This document shows, piece after piece, positions 1-9,291 of a stretch of DNA of 64,000 nt. The stretch comes from a virus. The stretch is from the IMG/VR virus record IMGVR_UViG_3300013137_002966, positions 1 through 64,000 of that record. One strand, given 5' to 3'. The notes below the pieces were generated by a model. That model did not search any database and had not been told where the DNA came from. It saw only the letters and a list, made by a program, of their open reading frames with translations. Made by a program: the position numbers and the translations under genes. Position 1 is the stretch's first letter. The number at the start of each line of letters is the position of its first letter.

Positions 1-522
1 ACCTCAGGTAGTTCAGGTAGTTCTGGTACCAATGGAACCTCAGGTAGTTCTGGTACCAATGGAACCTCAGGTAGTTCGGGTAGTTCTGGCACCAATGGAA
101 CCTCAGGTAGTTCTGGAAGTTCTGGTACCAATGGTACATCAGGTTCCTCCGGAACTAATGGAACCTCAGGTAGTTCTGGGACTAATGGAACCTCAGGTAC
201 TAATGGAACCTCCGGTTCATCAGGAACTAATGGAACCTCAGGTACTAATGGAACCTCAGGTACTAATGGAACCTCAGGTACTAATGGAACCTCAGGTACT
301 AATGGAACCTCCGGTACTAATGGAACCTCCGGTTCATCAGGAACTAATGGAACCTCAGGAAGTTCAGGAACTAATGGAACCTCAGGTACTAATGGAACCT
401 CCGGTTCATCAGGAACTAATGGAACCTCAGGTAGTTCAGGTACCAATGGAACCTCTGGTAGTTCAGGAACCAACGGAACCTCTGGCACTAATGGAACTTC
501 CGGTTCCTCAGGTACTTCTGGT
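1..522 (+). repeat. Coding tandem repeat of 9/18-nt units (e.g. ggaacctcaggtactaat) encoding GTS/GTN/GSS triplets
   Basis: Directly visible degenerate tandem repeat. Confidence 0.95.
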
Positions 523-1032
523 ATAGCAACAATTACTAATAATGTTGATAACTATGTTTTAACAGCAACTGCAACCGGAAGTACAATTAATGGTGAAGCA
601 AATTTACAATTTAATGGTAGTACACTAAATGTAATATCTGTAACTAGTGGTACAACAGTTCTTAATGTAACTGGTACACAAGGACAATTATTCTCTGTTA
701 CCGATAATTTAAGTGGTGATATATTTACTGTGTCTGATATTTCTGGTATACCTATATTAAATGTTAATAGTAATGCTACGGTTGAAATAGATGGTACAAC
801 TGTTGCTGGTGGTAATATTTTACCATCTACAGGTAATACATATGATTTAGGTTCAACATCTTATAGATGGAACGTTGTATATACCGCTGACTTATCATTA
901 AAGAATGAATATGGTGATTATACATTAGTTGAAGGTGAAGATGATATATTCTTATATAATAATAGATCCGGAAAAGTATATAAGTTTCTAATTCAAGAAG
1001 TTGATCCAAGTGCCGCGCCACCTAAAAAATGA
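1..1032 (+). CDS. Collagen-like (Gly-X-Y) tail/virion fibre protein, 5'-truncated by the window edge
   Basis: Frame 1 is open from nt 1 to TGA 1030-1032. It reads TSGSSGSSGTNGTSG... (Gly every third residue to ~520), then a beta-rich region and the phage fibre C-terminus GNILPSTGNTYDLGSTSYRW...EGEDDIFLYNNRSGKVYKF. The ORF track shows only 730-1032. Confidence 0.85.
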   Translation, partial: TSGSSGSSGTNGTSGSSGTNGTSGSSGSSGTNGTSGSSGSSGTNGTSGSSGTNGTSGSSGTNGTSGTNGTSGSSGTNGTSGTNGTSGTNGTSGTNGTSGTNGTSGTNGTSGSSGTNGTSGSSGTNGTSGTNGTSGSSGTNGTSGSSGTNGTSGSSGTNGTSGTNGTSGSSGTSGIATITNNVDNYVLTATATGSTINGEANLQFNGSTLNVISVTSGTTVLNVTGTQGQLFSVTDNLSGDIFTVSDISGIPILNVNSNATVEIDGTTVAGGNILPSTGNTYDLGSTSYRWNVVYTADLSLKNEYGDYTLVEGEDDIFLYNNRSGKVYKFLIQEVDPSAAPPKK

Positions 1033-1047
1033 CTTGAACATTAAATC

Positions 1048-1803
1048 ATGCCCTTAAATTTACAAGGTAATACAATTTCAACTGGTGATATTACTAGTGT
1101 TGGTGTTTTTAAAACAAGAGTTAATAGGGATGGATTAATTGTCTATTTAGATTCAAATAATATGAATTCTTATCCTGGTAGTGGTACTACTTGGTATGAT
1201 TTAAGTGGAAATGGAAATCATGGTACTATGACAAGAATGAATTCACCATCTGCAGGTAATACTTCAGGTTTTGATACTACAACAGGTTATATGATGTTTG
1301 ATAGACATTTGGGCGCTAGTGACGGTACTGCAAATAATGTTGTTGTTATTCCCAATTCATCTTCAATAGACGAGTGTTCTTGTGAAAATGGCATGACTAT
1401 TGAATTTTGGATTAACGAAACATCAAGTGTTTGTACTGCACTAACAAAATGGGATGGAACATGGGAAATTTATTATTGTGCAACATTAGTGTTTAGAACA
1501 CAAGGTACTGGTGGTAGTGATGGTAGTAGTAGTTTTAGTTCATCACCTGGAAATTGGAGACAAATTGTTGCAACACATGATGGTACTCTTCGAAAAATAT
1601 TTGTAAATGGTGTCGAAGGATTAAATGATATAAATGTAGTTACAAGTCAAGACTATTCAAATAATATAGGTGTTGGAGCATACGAAGGTGGAGCATATTC
1701 TTGCATCGCTGCAATGCCAATTTATAGATTATATAATAGAGCATTAAGTCCATTTGAGATAGCTGAAAATTTTCAAGCAGAAAGAGGAAGATTTAGTTTA
1801 TGA
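1048..1803 (+). CDS. LamG/ConA-like lectin-domain virion protein (type A, MPLNLQGN N-terminus)
   Basis: GLIVYLDS..SYPGSGTTWYDLSGNGNHG, WRQIVATHDG, YNRALS motifs. Confidence 0.8.
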   Translation: MPLNLQGNTISTGDITSVGVFKTRVNRDGLIVYLDSNNMNSYPGSGTTWYDLSGNGNHGTMTRMNSPSAGNTSGFDTTTGYMMFDRHLGASDGTANNVVVIPNSSSIDECSCENGMTIEFWINETSSVCTALTKWDGTWEIYYCATLVFRTQGTGGSDGSSSFSSSPGNWRQIVATHDGTLRKIFVNGVEGLNDINVVTSQDYSNNIGVGAYEGGAYSCIAAMPIYRLYNRALSPFEIAENFQAERGRFSL

Positions 1804-2612
1804 GTATAAATGTAAATAGTAATGTCATATCTAATACTAATTTTAATACATCTGGTGAAATAGTTAATACTCCTGTATTTGTTACTGATGGATTGGTTTT
1901 ATGGTTAGATGCTGGAAATAACGCATCTTATATGAATTCATCAAGTTATTATGATTGTGGTTATGGATGCCAATATTATGGATCAGATCCCGGATGTACT
2001 AACTGTAGTACCCAGATAAAAGATATGTCTGGTTACGGTAATGATGGTACATTGAGTGGAGCAACAATAGTATATGATAATTATGGTGGAACAATGAGTT
2101 TTAATGGAACAACTAATTTTGTTCAGGTTTCAGATTCCTCATCGTTAACAAACACATCTACACTAAGTATTAATATTTGGTTTAAATTATCTGCATTTGA
2201 TGGCGCTCTTATAGGAAAGGGAACTAGTGATACAGATGAGGAATATACTATACAAGTTGGAGCAACATATATTTATTTTGATGTAGGAATAGGCAGTGGA
2301 CCCTATACTCAACCAGCAGCATCTCTTTCAACAGATACGTGGTATAATGTTTCCGCAACACATTCAAGGGTGGCAGGTTCATCAACGTTAATTGTTTATC
2401 TTAATGGCGTAGCATTGGCTGGCTCAACAGTTAATCCTACAAATACTCCAAATGATAACTCATATCCTGTTAGTATTGGTCGTAGATGGTATAATTCTCA
2501 GTCAACACCATCTAATGGAAAAATTGCAATAGTACAAATATATAATAGAACACTATCATCAACTGAAGTTTTACAAAATTTTAATGCTGGTCGTCAAAGA
2601 TTTGGTATATAA
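1800..2612 (+). CDS. LamG-like protein (type B, with Cys-rich loop DCGYGCQYY.SDPGCTNC)
   Basis: GLVLWLDAGN, WYNVSAT, YNRTLS..EVLQNFNA; ATGA overlap with upstream gene. Confidence 0.8.
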   Translation: MSINVNSNVISNTNFNTSGEIVNTPVFVTDGLVLWLDAGNNASYMNSSSYYDCGYGCQYYGSDPGCTNCSTQIKDMSGYGNDGTLSGATIVYDNYGGTMSFNGTTNFVQVSDSSSLTNTSTLSINIWFKLSAFDGALIGKGTSDTDEEYTIQVGATYIYFDVGIGSGPYTQPAASLSTDTWYNVSATHSRVAGSSTLIVYLNGVALAGSTVNPTNTPNDNSYPVSIGRRWYNSQSTPSNGKIAIVQIYNRTLSSTEVLQNFNAGRQRFGI

Positions 2613-2617
2613 TTTAA

Positions 2618-2644
2618 GAACTTATTATTTTTTTTAGTATATAA
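2618..2644 (+). promoter_or_regulatory. Promoter-like motif AAC-N18-TATAA
   Basis: GAAC-N18-TATAA, intergenic. Confidence 0.55.
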
Positions 2645-2867
2645 AATTAAAGATTTTAATAAAAGATATAATCAATATGTTATTGATTTAGGTACCATAG
2701 AAGTCGAAAAAATGAGACTAGACTATCAAAAAAATCAGATAATTAATGAAATGAATAAATTAATTGACGATAGAATGAAATATTATGATACCTTAAGAGA
2801 AACCTTAGGTGAGGGCGAGATAAATATTGACAGTGGAATCTTTTCTAAAAAGAATATGGATTCTTAA
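2643..2867 (+). pseudogene. Small coiled-coil phage protein, apparently lacking its 5' end (first ATG at 2712)
   Basis: Open frame KIKDFNKRYNQYVIDLGTIEVEKMRLDYQK...LGEGEINIDSGIF*; no ATG before 2712. Confidence 0.5.
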
Positions 2868-2931
2868 AAATTCCCTTATTCATTTGTTTAACTCTAAATT
2901 TTAATATATATAATTAAAATCTAGATTCATC

Positions 2932-3645
2932 ATGCCCTTAAATTTACAAGGAAATACAATCTCAACAAGTGATATTACTAGTGTTGGTGTATTTAAAACA
3001 AAAGTTAATAGACAAAACTTATTACTTTATTTAGATGCCGGTAATATGAATTCATACCCAGGTACTGGAACAACTTGGTATGATTTGAGTGGTAATGGAT
3101 ACGTTGCAACTATGCAAAATTTAACCGCATCTAATTGGGTATCAGTTAGTGATGTTTATGCATTCGAAACAAATGATACTAATGATCAAGGTTTTAGAGT
3201 TTCGTCATTTCCGTTTCCTCTAAGTGGACGAACTTATGAGTTATGGTATAATGGAAAAACATATTCAATTGGATGGCAGACTTGGTTTGATGATAATGGT
3301 ACTGAAAAAGTTTTATTCGGTGCAGATACAAATAAACCTAGAGTCTATCCTGATGTATCTCCGACTGATACACTATCTATTAATACTTGGTATCATTTGG
3401 CTTATACTATGGAATCTTCTGCATTTGGGCAAGTAACTGTAATGTATAAGAATGGTATTGCTTTTTTCTCAGGTGTTTATGCACAAGGCTTAGCAGGAGG
3501 TACAGGAACCTTGTATCTTTTAGGTGATTCAGGTACAGAAATATCATCAGGATATTGTTCAATAATACGAGTATATGACAGGGTTCTTAGTTCTTATGAA
3601 ATAGCTGAGAATTTTCAAGCGCAAAGAGGTAGATTCGGTATATGA
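2932..3645 (+). CDS. LamG-like protein (type A, copy 2)
   Basis: N- and C-termini near-identical to 1048-1803, core divergent. Confidence 0.8.
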   Translation: MPLNLQGNTISTSDITSVGVFKTKVNRQNLLLYLDAGNMNSYPGTGTTWYDLSGNGYVATMQNLTASNWVSVSDVYAFETNDTNDQGFRVSSFPFPLSGRTYELWYNGKTYSIGWQTWFDDNGTEKVLFGADTNKPRVYPDVSPTDTLSINTWYHLAYTMESSAFGQVTVMYKNGIAFFSGVYAQGLAGGTGTLYLLGDSGTEISSGYCSIIRVYDRVLSSYEIAENFQAQRGRFGI

Positions 3646-4457
3646 CCATAAATGTAAATAGCAATGTAATATCTAGTACTGGATTTAATACATCTGGTGA
3701 TATAGTTAATACACCTTTTGTAGTTACTGATGGTTTAATTTTGTGGTTGGATGCTGGAAATACAGCATCTTATACTTTTACTAATTATTATTATGATTGT
3801 GGTTATGGTTGTCAATATTATGCATCAGATCCTGGATGTACTAATTGTAATACACAAATAAAAGATATGTCTGGTTATGGTAATGATGGTACATTAAGTG
3901 GTGTAACAGTTACATATTCAGATGTTGGTGGAACATTGTATTTTAGTGGCTCACCAAATTATGCTTATATCTCAAGTTTAGCGAATTATAATTTTGGGTC
4001 TGATATTTCTGTTTGTATTTGGCATAAGAACTTAGGAGGAGATTATAGAGGTGTTATTGCAAATGTATATTCTAGTGGTACCGGATTTGATATGAGATAT
4101 GGTAGAGAAGATTATTTTGGTGGTGCAAATAATGGTACTAGGTTAGGATGTGGTATCAGAACATCAGTTTCAAATTATAGTTTAGATATAAATGCTGAAT
4201 TAAATGTTTGGGGGTTTTATGTTATGACATATAACGGTTCTACATTAACGGTATATAAAAATGGTAGTTATTTTAATTCGGTTAATGCTAGTGGAACATT
4301 AGGTTCAGTAGCAAATAATGTTTCCATAGGTAGAAATGCAGGTGGTACCGAATATCTAACAGGTGATATTCCAATTGCTATAATTTATAATAAAGCATTA
4401 AGTTCAACTGAAGTTTTACAAAATTTTAATGCAGGTCGACAAAGATTTGCCATTTAA
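3642..4457 (+). CDS. LamG-like protein (type B, copy 2)
   Basis: Same Cys loop and termini as 1800-2612. Confidence 0.8.
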   Translation: MTINVNSNVISSTGFNTSGDIVNTPFVVTDGLILWLDAGNTASYTFTNYYYDCGYGCQYYASDPGCTNCNTQIKDMSGYGNDGTLSGVTVTYSDVGGTLYFSGSPNYAYISSLANYNFGSDISVCIWHKNLGGDYRGVIANVYSSGTGFDMRYGREDYFGGANNGTRLGCGIRTSVSNYSLDINAELNVWGFYVMTYNGSTLTVYKNGSYFNSVNASGTLGSVANNVSIGRNAGGTEYLTGDIPIAIIYNKALSSTEVLQNFNAGRQRFAI

Positions 4458-4523
4458 TTTCCTTTTAATTTCTTTCTACTCTTAAATTTTAATATATAAT
4501 TAAAATTCTTACTTGTTTAATAT

Positions 4524-5303
4524 ATGTCCATAAATGTAAATAACAATGTAATATCTAGTACTGGATTTAATACATCTGGTGATATAATTAATACACCAGT
4601 ATGCGTCACAGATAATTTAATATTATGGTTGGATGCTGGTAATAATGCATCATATATGAACACTTCAACTTATTATGATTGTGGTTATGGCTGTCAATAT
4701 TACTCATCAGATCCAGGATGTACTAATTGTAATACTAAATGGATGGATATGAGTGGATATGGTAACGATGGTGTTTTTTATAGTGGAGCAACTGTAGCAT
4801 ATACAAATTCAGGAGGAGAAGTAATTTTTGATGGTTCAAATGATGTTGTTAAATTATCAACATCATTATTAACAGGAACCGGTGATTTCACTTTTTGTGC
4901 ATGGATTAAAAGATCAGCAACAGGAACGGTAGATTATATTATGGGTAACTATGGGCTATTAAATCCTGGAGGAATTGAATTTTATATTGCCTCGGATAAA
5001 CTTTATACATTTATTAGTGGTAGTGTAGTCTCAACTGGAACAATTGATACAAGTTGGCATCATGTTGCAACAACAAGAACTAGTGGTGCTATTCAAATGT
5101 ATATAGATTCTGCTACAGATGGAAATGGAACTTTAGCATCAAGTATTACCGGCACAAATGTTTTTACTGTTGGTAGTGGTGCTGATTATTCATCAGAAGC
5201 ATTTGTTGGATCAATTGCAGCTGTGCAAGCATATAATAGAGCATTATCCGCTACTGAAATTCTACAAAATTTTAATGCAGGAAGACAAAGATTTGGTATT
5301 TAG
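4524..5303 (+). CDS. LamG-like protein (type B, copy 3)
   Basis: Same Cys loop and termini; FTFCAWIK and WHHVATTR LamG motifs. Confidence 0.8.
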   Translation: MSINVNNNVISSTGFNTSGDIINTPVCVTDNLILWLDAGNNASYMNTSTYYDCGYGCQYYSSDPGCTNCNTKWMDMSGYGNDGVFYSGATVAYTNSGGEVIFDGSNDVVKLSTSLLTGTGDFTFCAWIKRSATGTVDYIMGNYGLLNPGGIEFYIASDKLYTFISGSVVSTGTIDTSWHHVATTRTSGAIQMYIDSATDGNGTLASSITGTNVFTVGSGADYSSEAFVGSIAAVQAYNRALSATEILQNFNAGRQRFGI

Positions 5304-5350
5304 TTTTTTTAAATATTTATATATATCGTAGATAAAAATAATTTCATCAT

Positions 5351-6355
5351 ATGGGATTTAATTTAAATGGAAATACACTATTAACAACTACAATAACCTA
5401 CGAAGGTGCATCATATAAAAATCAAAAAGTTGTTGCTTCTGGTGGTGATGTGATTACTTATAATGGTGAGTGGAAAATACATAGATTTAATACTAGTGGT
5501 ACATTTGTACTTACTTCATTTGTTGGTTCTACCCTTGCAATAGATTATTTAATGGTCGCAGGTGGTGGAGGTGGTGGTATGGATATGGGTGGAGGCGGAG
5601 GTGGTGGTGGAGTCTTAACAGGCTCAACAACATTAACTGCTACTTCTTACTCAATCACAGTTGGTGGTGGTGGTGCTGGTGCGCCAGCCGCTGGTGTTGA
5701 TGGTCAACCTAGTGGACATCAATATACGGTTAGAGCAGTTGTAGGCAGCAACACAACATTTAATGGATTAACGGCTTATGGTGGTGGGTATGGTGCAAGT
5801 TCTTACTATGCTTATACACCAGATTATGGTACACCTGGTAATGGTGGTTGTGGCGGTGGTCCTAGTGGTTATAGTGATGGTGGAACAAGAACTGGAGGAG
5901 GTGCAACGGCAGGACAAGGATATGCTGGTGGTAATGCTGGTGGACAATATTATTCTGGTGGAGGTGGTGGTGCTGGTGGCGCTGGTACTAGTTCAACTGC
6001 AAGAGCCGATGGTGGACCAGGTAAATATTCTGATATTTTAGGTAGACCCTTCTATTGGGGTGGTGGTGGTGCAGGTGCAGGTTATACTATATACGGTGGC
6101 GCAGGTGGAAAAGGTGGCGGAGGTGGTGCATCACCAGACGATTATTCTAATAATTATGCAAAAGGTGGTAGAGAATCTGTTATGTGGGGGTTACCTGGTT
6201 CAAATGGTTGTACAAGTTGTCAAGCAAATGTTCCAGGTGGAAATGGTGGTACTAATACTGGAGGTGGAGGTGGAGGTGGTTCACATTATAACTCTAATAA
6301 TAAAGGAGGTAATGGTGGAAGCGGTATTGTAGTGATAAGGTACAAATATAAATAA
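5351..6355 (+). CDS. Glycine-rich fibre/adhesin protein (polyglycine repeats, gp38-like architecture)
   Basis: IHRFNTSGTF...DYLMVAGGGGGG...GGNGGSGIVVIRY, the typical phage glycine-rich domain. Confidence 0.75.
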   Translation: MGFNLNGNTLLTTTITYEGASYKNQKVVASGGDVITYNGEWKIHRFNTSGTFVLTSFVGSTLAIDYLMVAGGGGGGMDMGGGGGGGGVLTGSTTLTATSYSITVGGGGAGAPAAGVDGQPSGHQYTVRAVVGSNTTFNGLTAYGGGYGASSYYAYTPDYGTPGNGGCGGGPSGYSDGGTRTGGGATAGQGYAGGNAGGQYYSGGGGGAGGAGTSSTARADGGPGKYSDILGRPFYWGGGGAGAGYTIYGGAGGKGGGGGASPDDYSNNYAKGGRESVMWGLPGSNGCTSCQANVPGGNGGTNTGGGGGGGSHYNSNNKGGNGGSGIVVIRYKYK

Positions 6356-6359
6356 TATA

Positions 6360-7085
6360 ATGGGAATTTTTAGAGGATCAAATTTAGTTAGAGACGGATT
6401 GGTGTTTTATTTAGATTCAATGAATATTAAATCATATGCAGGAACTGGAACAAATTGGTATGATTTAATTTCCAATACTAATTTTAATTCATCATATTAT
6501 ACATATCCCACATTTACTACAAATTATTTTACATTTGTAAATAATGGTTCAACCATAAATAGTATTTATGCTACACCAACGGCTACATCTACTAGTGTTT
6601 ATTATACCAGAATCGGATGGTTTTATATAACTAGTTATAGTAGTGGTGCATGGTCACCAGTTTTTCAAAATGTTATTGGAAATAATTCTGATCTTGGACT
6701 TACTATTGATGCTTCTGGAAAATTACATTTTAGACAATATACTAAAACTGCAAATGATGGTACCACTGATGGTGATTACGGTGTTTCTGGAAACAATACT
6801 GTATCTTTGAATGCTTGGCATATGGGTGCTATTGTTGTTGATAGAATATCAAAAACTGTTACTTTTTATTTAGATGGAACATTAGATTCAACAAAATCTC
6901 TTGTTACTATTGGAAATGCTAGTTCAAATACAGTTGTTATTGGTGGTGCTGCTACAGATTCATATAGTGGTGATAGAATGTTTAAAGGTCGTATTTCTTC
7001 TATTTCTCATTATGATCGTATTTTATCATCAAGTGAAATATTACAGAATTATACAGCATTTAAATCTAGATATGGATTATCTTAA
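6360..7085 (+). CDS. LamG-like protein
   Basis: DGLVFYLDS..SYAGTGTNWYDL; YDRILSSSEILQNY. Confidence 0.8.
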   Translation: MGIFRGSNLVRDGLVFYLDSMNIKSYAGTGTNWYDLISNTNFNSSYYTYPTFTTNYFTFVNNGSTINSIYATPTATSTSVYYTRIGWFYITSYSSGAWSPVFQNVIGNNSDLGLTIDASGKLHFRQYTKTANDGTTDGDYGVSGNNTVSLNAWHMGAIVVDRISKTVTFYLDGTLDSTKSLVTIGNASSNTVVIGGAATDSYSGDRMFKGRISSISHYDRILSSSEILQNYTAFKSRYGLS

Positions 7086-7099
7086 AAATAGTAAGTAGA

Positions 7100-7810
7100 A
7101 TGGGATTCTTTAGAGGACCAAATATCGTAAAAAATGGATTGACATTATGTTTAGATGCTGCAAATCCAAGATCGTATCCTGGAACAGGTACAGTTTGGAC
7201 GGACTTAGCTCAGTCTTTAACATTCAATGCTATAGGTTCTTTATTACCATTAGAATCTAAAAATGGTGCATTGTCTTTTGCATTTGATGGTACCGGATAT
7301 TGGAGATGTGCAACTAATTATTCATTAGTTGATTTAGGAGGTGATTGTACTATAATATTATGGTTATATGATGAAAATGTTACTACTAGAAAAACCGTAT
7401 TTGAAAAAGCCGGTACCTCTTATTCTTCATATGAACAAGAAATTGCAATGACTTGGGAAGAAGATGAAACAATATCTTGGTATAGCCGTAAAGCACCAGC
7501 TTATGATTATTCTGCTACACCTGCTCTATCAGCAAATGTTTGGACTATGGCTTCGGTTAAAATGTCAACAGGTAAATCTACAACTGCTAGAACTGGTTTT
7601 TACAGTATGAATGGTGCAGCTTGGACATCTTCTTACACATCTAGAAGTGATACAGCGTTAATAGCTTCTGGTGAAATAAGAGTGGGAACAGGATATTCAG
7701 GTACATGCGAGAATGGTAATGTATCAATTGTAATGTGTTATAATAGAATGCTTAATGATGTTGAAATTTTACAAAATTATAATGCATATAAAACTAGATT
7801 TGGATTATGA
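7100..7810 (+). CDS. LamG-like protein
   Basis: GLTLCLDAANPRSYPGTGTVWTDL; YNRML..EILQNYNAYKTRFGL. Confidence 0.8.
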   Translation: MGFFRGPNIVKNGLTLCLDAANPRSYPGTGTVWTDLAQSLTFNAIGSLLPLESKNGALSFAFDGTGYWRCATNYSLVDLGGDCTIILWLYDENVTTRKTVFEKAGTSYSSYEQEIAMTWEEDETISWYSRKAPAYDYSATPALSANVWTMASVKMSTGKSTTARTGFYSMNGAAWTSSYTSRSDTALIASGEIRVGTGYSGTCENGNVSIVMCYNRMLNDVEILQNYNAYKTRFGL

Positions 7811-9291
7811 GTTCAGTACAAGGACCAAATATTATAAAAGATGGATTAATTTTATTATTGGATGCTGGAAATGTTAAGAGTTTTATCGGAGAGCCAACAT
7901 CTAATATAATTCCAGATCCAACAAATAATGGAAGATTTACAACTTCAAATACTTGGGCTACCTATAATACAAATCAATATAATAGTGGTCAATTCTTTTC
8001 TATAGGAACTGTTAGTAGTGTTTCCAGTAATATTGTAACTATGACATCTTCACATCCATTAAGAACTTTTGATGTAGTAAGACCAGAAACAACAGGAGGT
8101 GGATTAACAGCAAATACTGATTATGTAGTTAAGAAAATAAGTAGTACTCAATTTTCATTATACCAATATGATGGATCACAAGATGGATCTAGAGGTTATA
8201 TTAATTCATCAACAGGTTTTTTTAAAGTACACGATGCTTATGCAACTGATACCAAAATATCTATCAATTCAACAAGTTTTCCAACAATGTGGTGGGGTGC
8301 ACCTCATTTACCAAATTCTGGTCTTATTAAAGAAATTGTACCAAATGGTGGTTATGTTTCTGGAACAAATTGTATGAGATTGCATGTATATCGTGGTGAT
8401 GGTGTTGTAGATGGTATGGCATATGGTGTATATCCTCATGTAAGTGCCGGTGATGTAATTACCGTATCTGTTTATGTTAGAACAACATCTGCTAATGGTG
8501 TTGGTAAAGGTCTTAGTCTTTCTACTTATTTTGGTCCAGGACAACCTGGACCTGGAGGTTCAGTTAGTATGGGTGCGGTTGGAGAATGGAAAAGAATGAT
8601 TGCAACTTGGACTGCCCCTGTCACCTATGATTTTATTTTATATTGGTGGCCAGAAGGTTCTTCAAGTATATATTCGATTGATATGGCTGATATACAAGTA
8701 GAAATAAATAAAGGAGGTAGGACAACAGCATTTACAACGGGAACCAGAGGTTCTACTGTAGGTACTGGTGGTGGACTAAAAGATTTATCTACAAATGCTA
8801 AAGATCACACATTGGTTGATACTCCAACGGAATCATCTAGTGGTCCAAGAGCAATAACACTAAACGGCTCATCTCAAGGATTTTCTTACAATGGTGTAAT
8901 AACCACATCAACAACCTGTACAGTTGTAATTGTGTATAAAACTTCAGAAACAACAGAATTGTGGATAAGAGGTAATCAAAATAATTCATATTATTTAAGT
9001 GCATCATCTGCAAATGATTATTATCATAGTAATTGTGGTTCACCTGAAAATTATGTAGATTTAAAGAGAGTATATAATCCATATTCAGAAGGATATAAAG
9101 ACGGTAAATATCATATGTGGGAGGCAAAAAAGGTAGATTTTTCAGGTTGGAGTTATTTTGAATGGTTTTTATACCCAAGCGGATGGCAATTGGAAGGTAC
9201 AGTTGCATATATTGCAGTGTATAATAGGACTTTAACAGCAGCTGAATCATTACAAAATTACAATTCATTAAAAACAAGATTCGGATTCTAA
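7807..9291 (+). CDS. LamG-like protein with a large inserted CBM-like region
   Basis: LamG N-motif, ~290-aa insert between GEPTSN and GTRG, then LamG core and family C-terminus. Confidence 0.75.
   Translation: MSSVQGPNIIKDGLILLLDAGNVKSFIGEPTSNIIPDPTNNGRFTTSNTWATYNTNQYNSGQFFSIGTVSSVSSNIVTMTSSHPLRTFDVVRPETTGGGLTANTDYVVKKISSTQFSLYQYDGSQDGSRGYINSSTGFFKVHDAYATDTKISINSTSFPTMWWGAPHLPNSGLIKEIVPNGGYVSGTNCMRLHVYRGDGVVDGMAYGVYPHVSAGDVITVSVYVRTTSANGVGKGLSLSTYFGPGQPGPGGSVSMGAVGEWKRMIATWTAPVTYDFILYWWPEGSSSIYSIDMADIQVEINKGGRTTAFTTGTRGSTVGTGGGLKDLSTNAKDHTLVDTPTESSSGPRAITLNGSSQGFSYNGVITTSTTCTVVIVYKTSETTELWIRGNQNNSYYLSASSANDYYHSNCGSPENYVDLKRVYNPYSEGYKDGKYHMWEAKKVDFSGWSYFEWFLYPSGWQLEGTVAYIAVYNRTLTAAESLQNYNSLKTRFGF

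Noticed and set aside
32-526. 164-aa MEPQV-repeat ORF from the track
   Set aside because: Shadow frame of the Gly-X-Y repeat; frame 1 is open through to the fibre C-terminus at 1032
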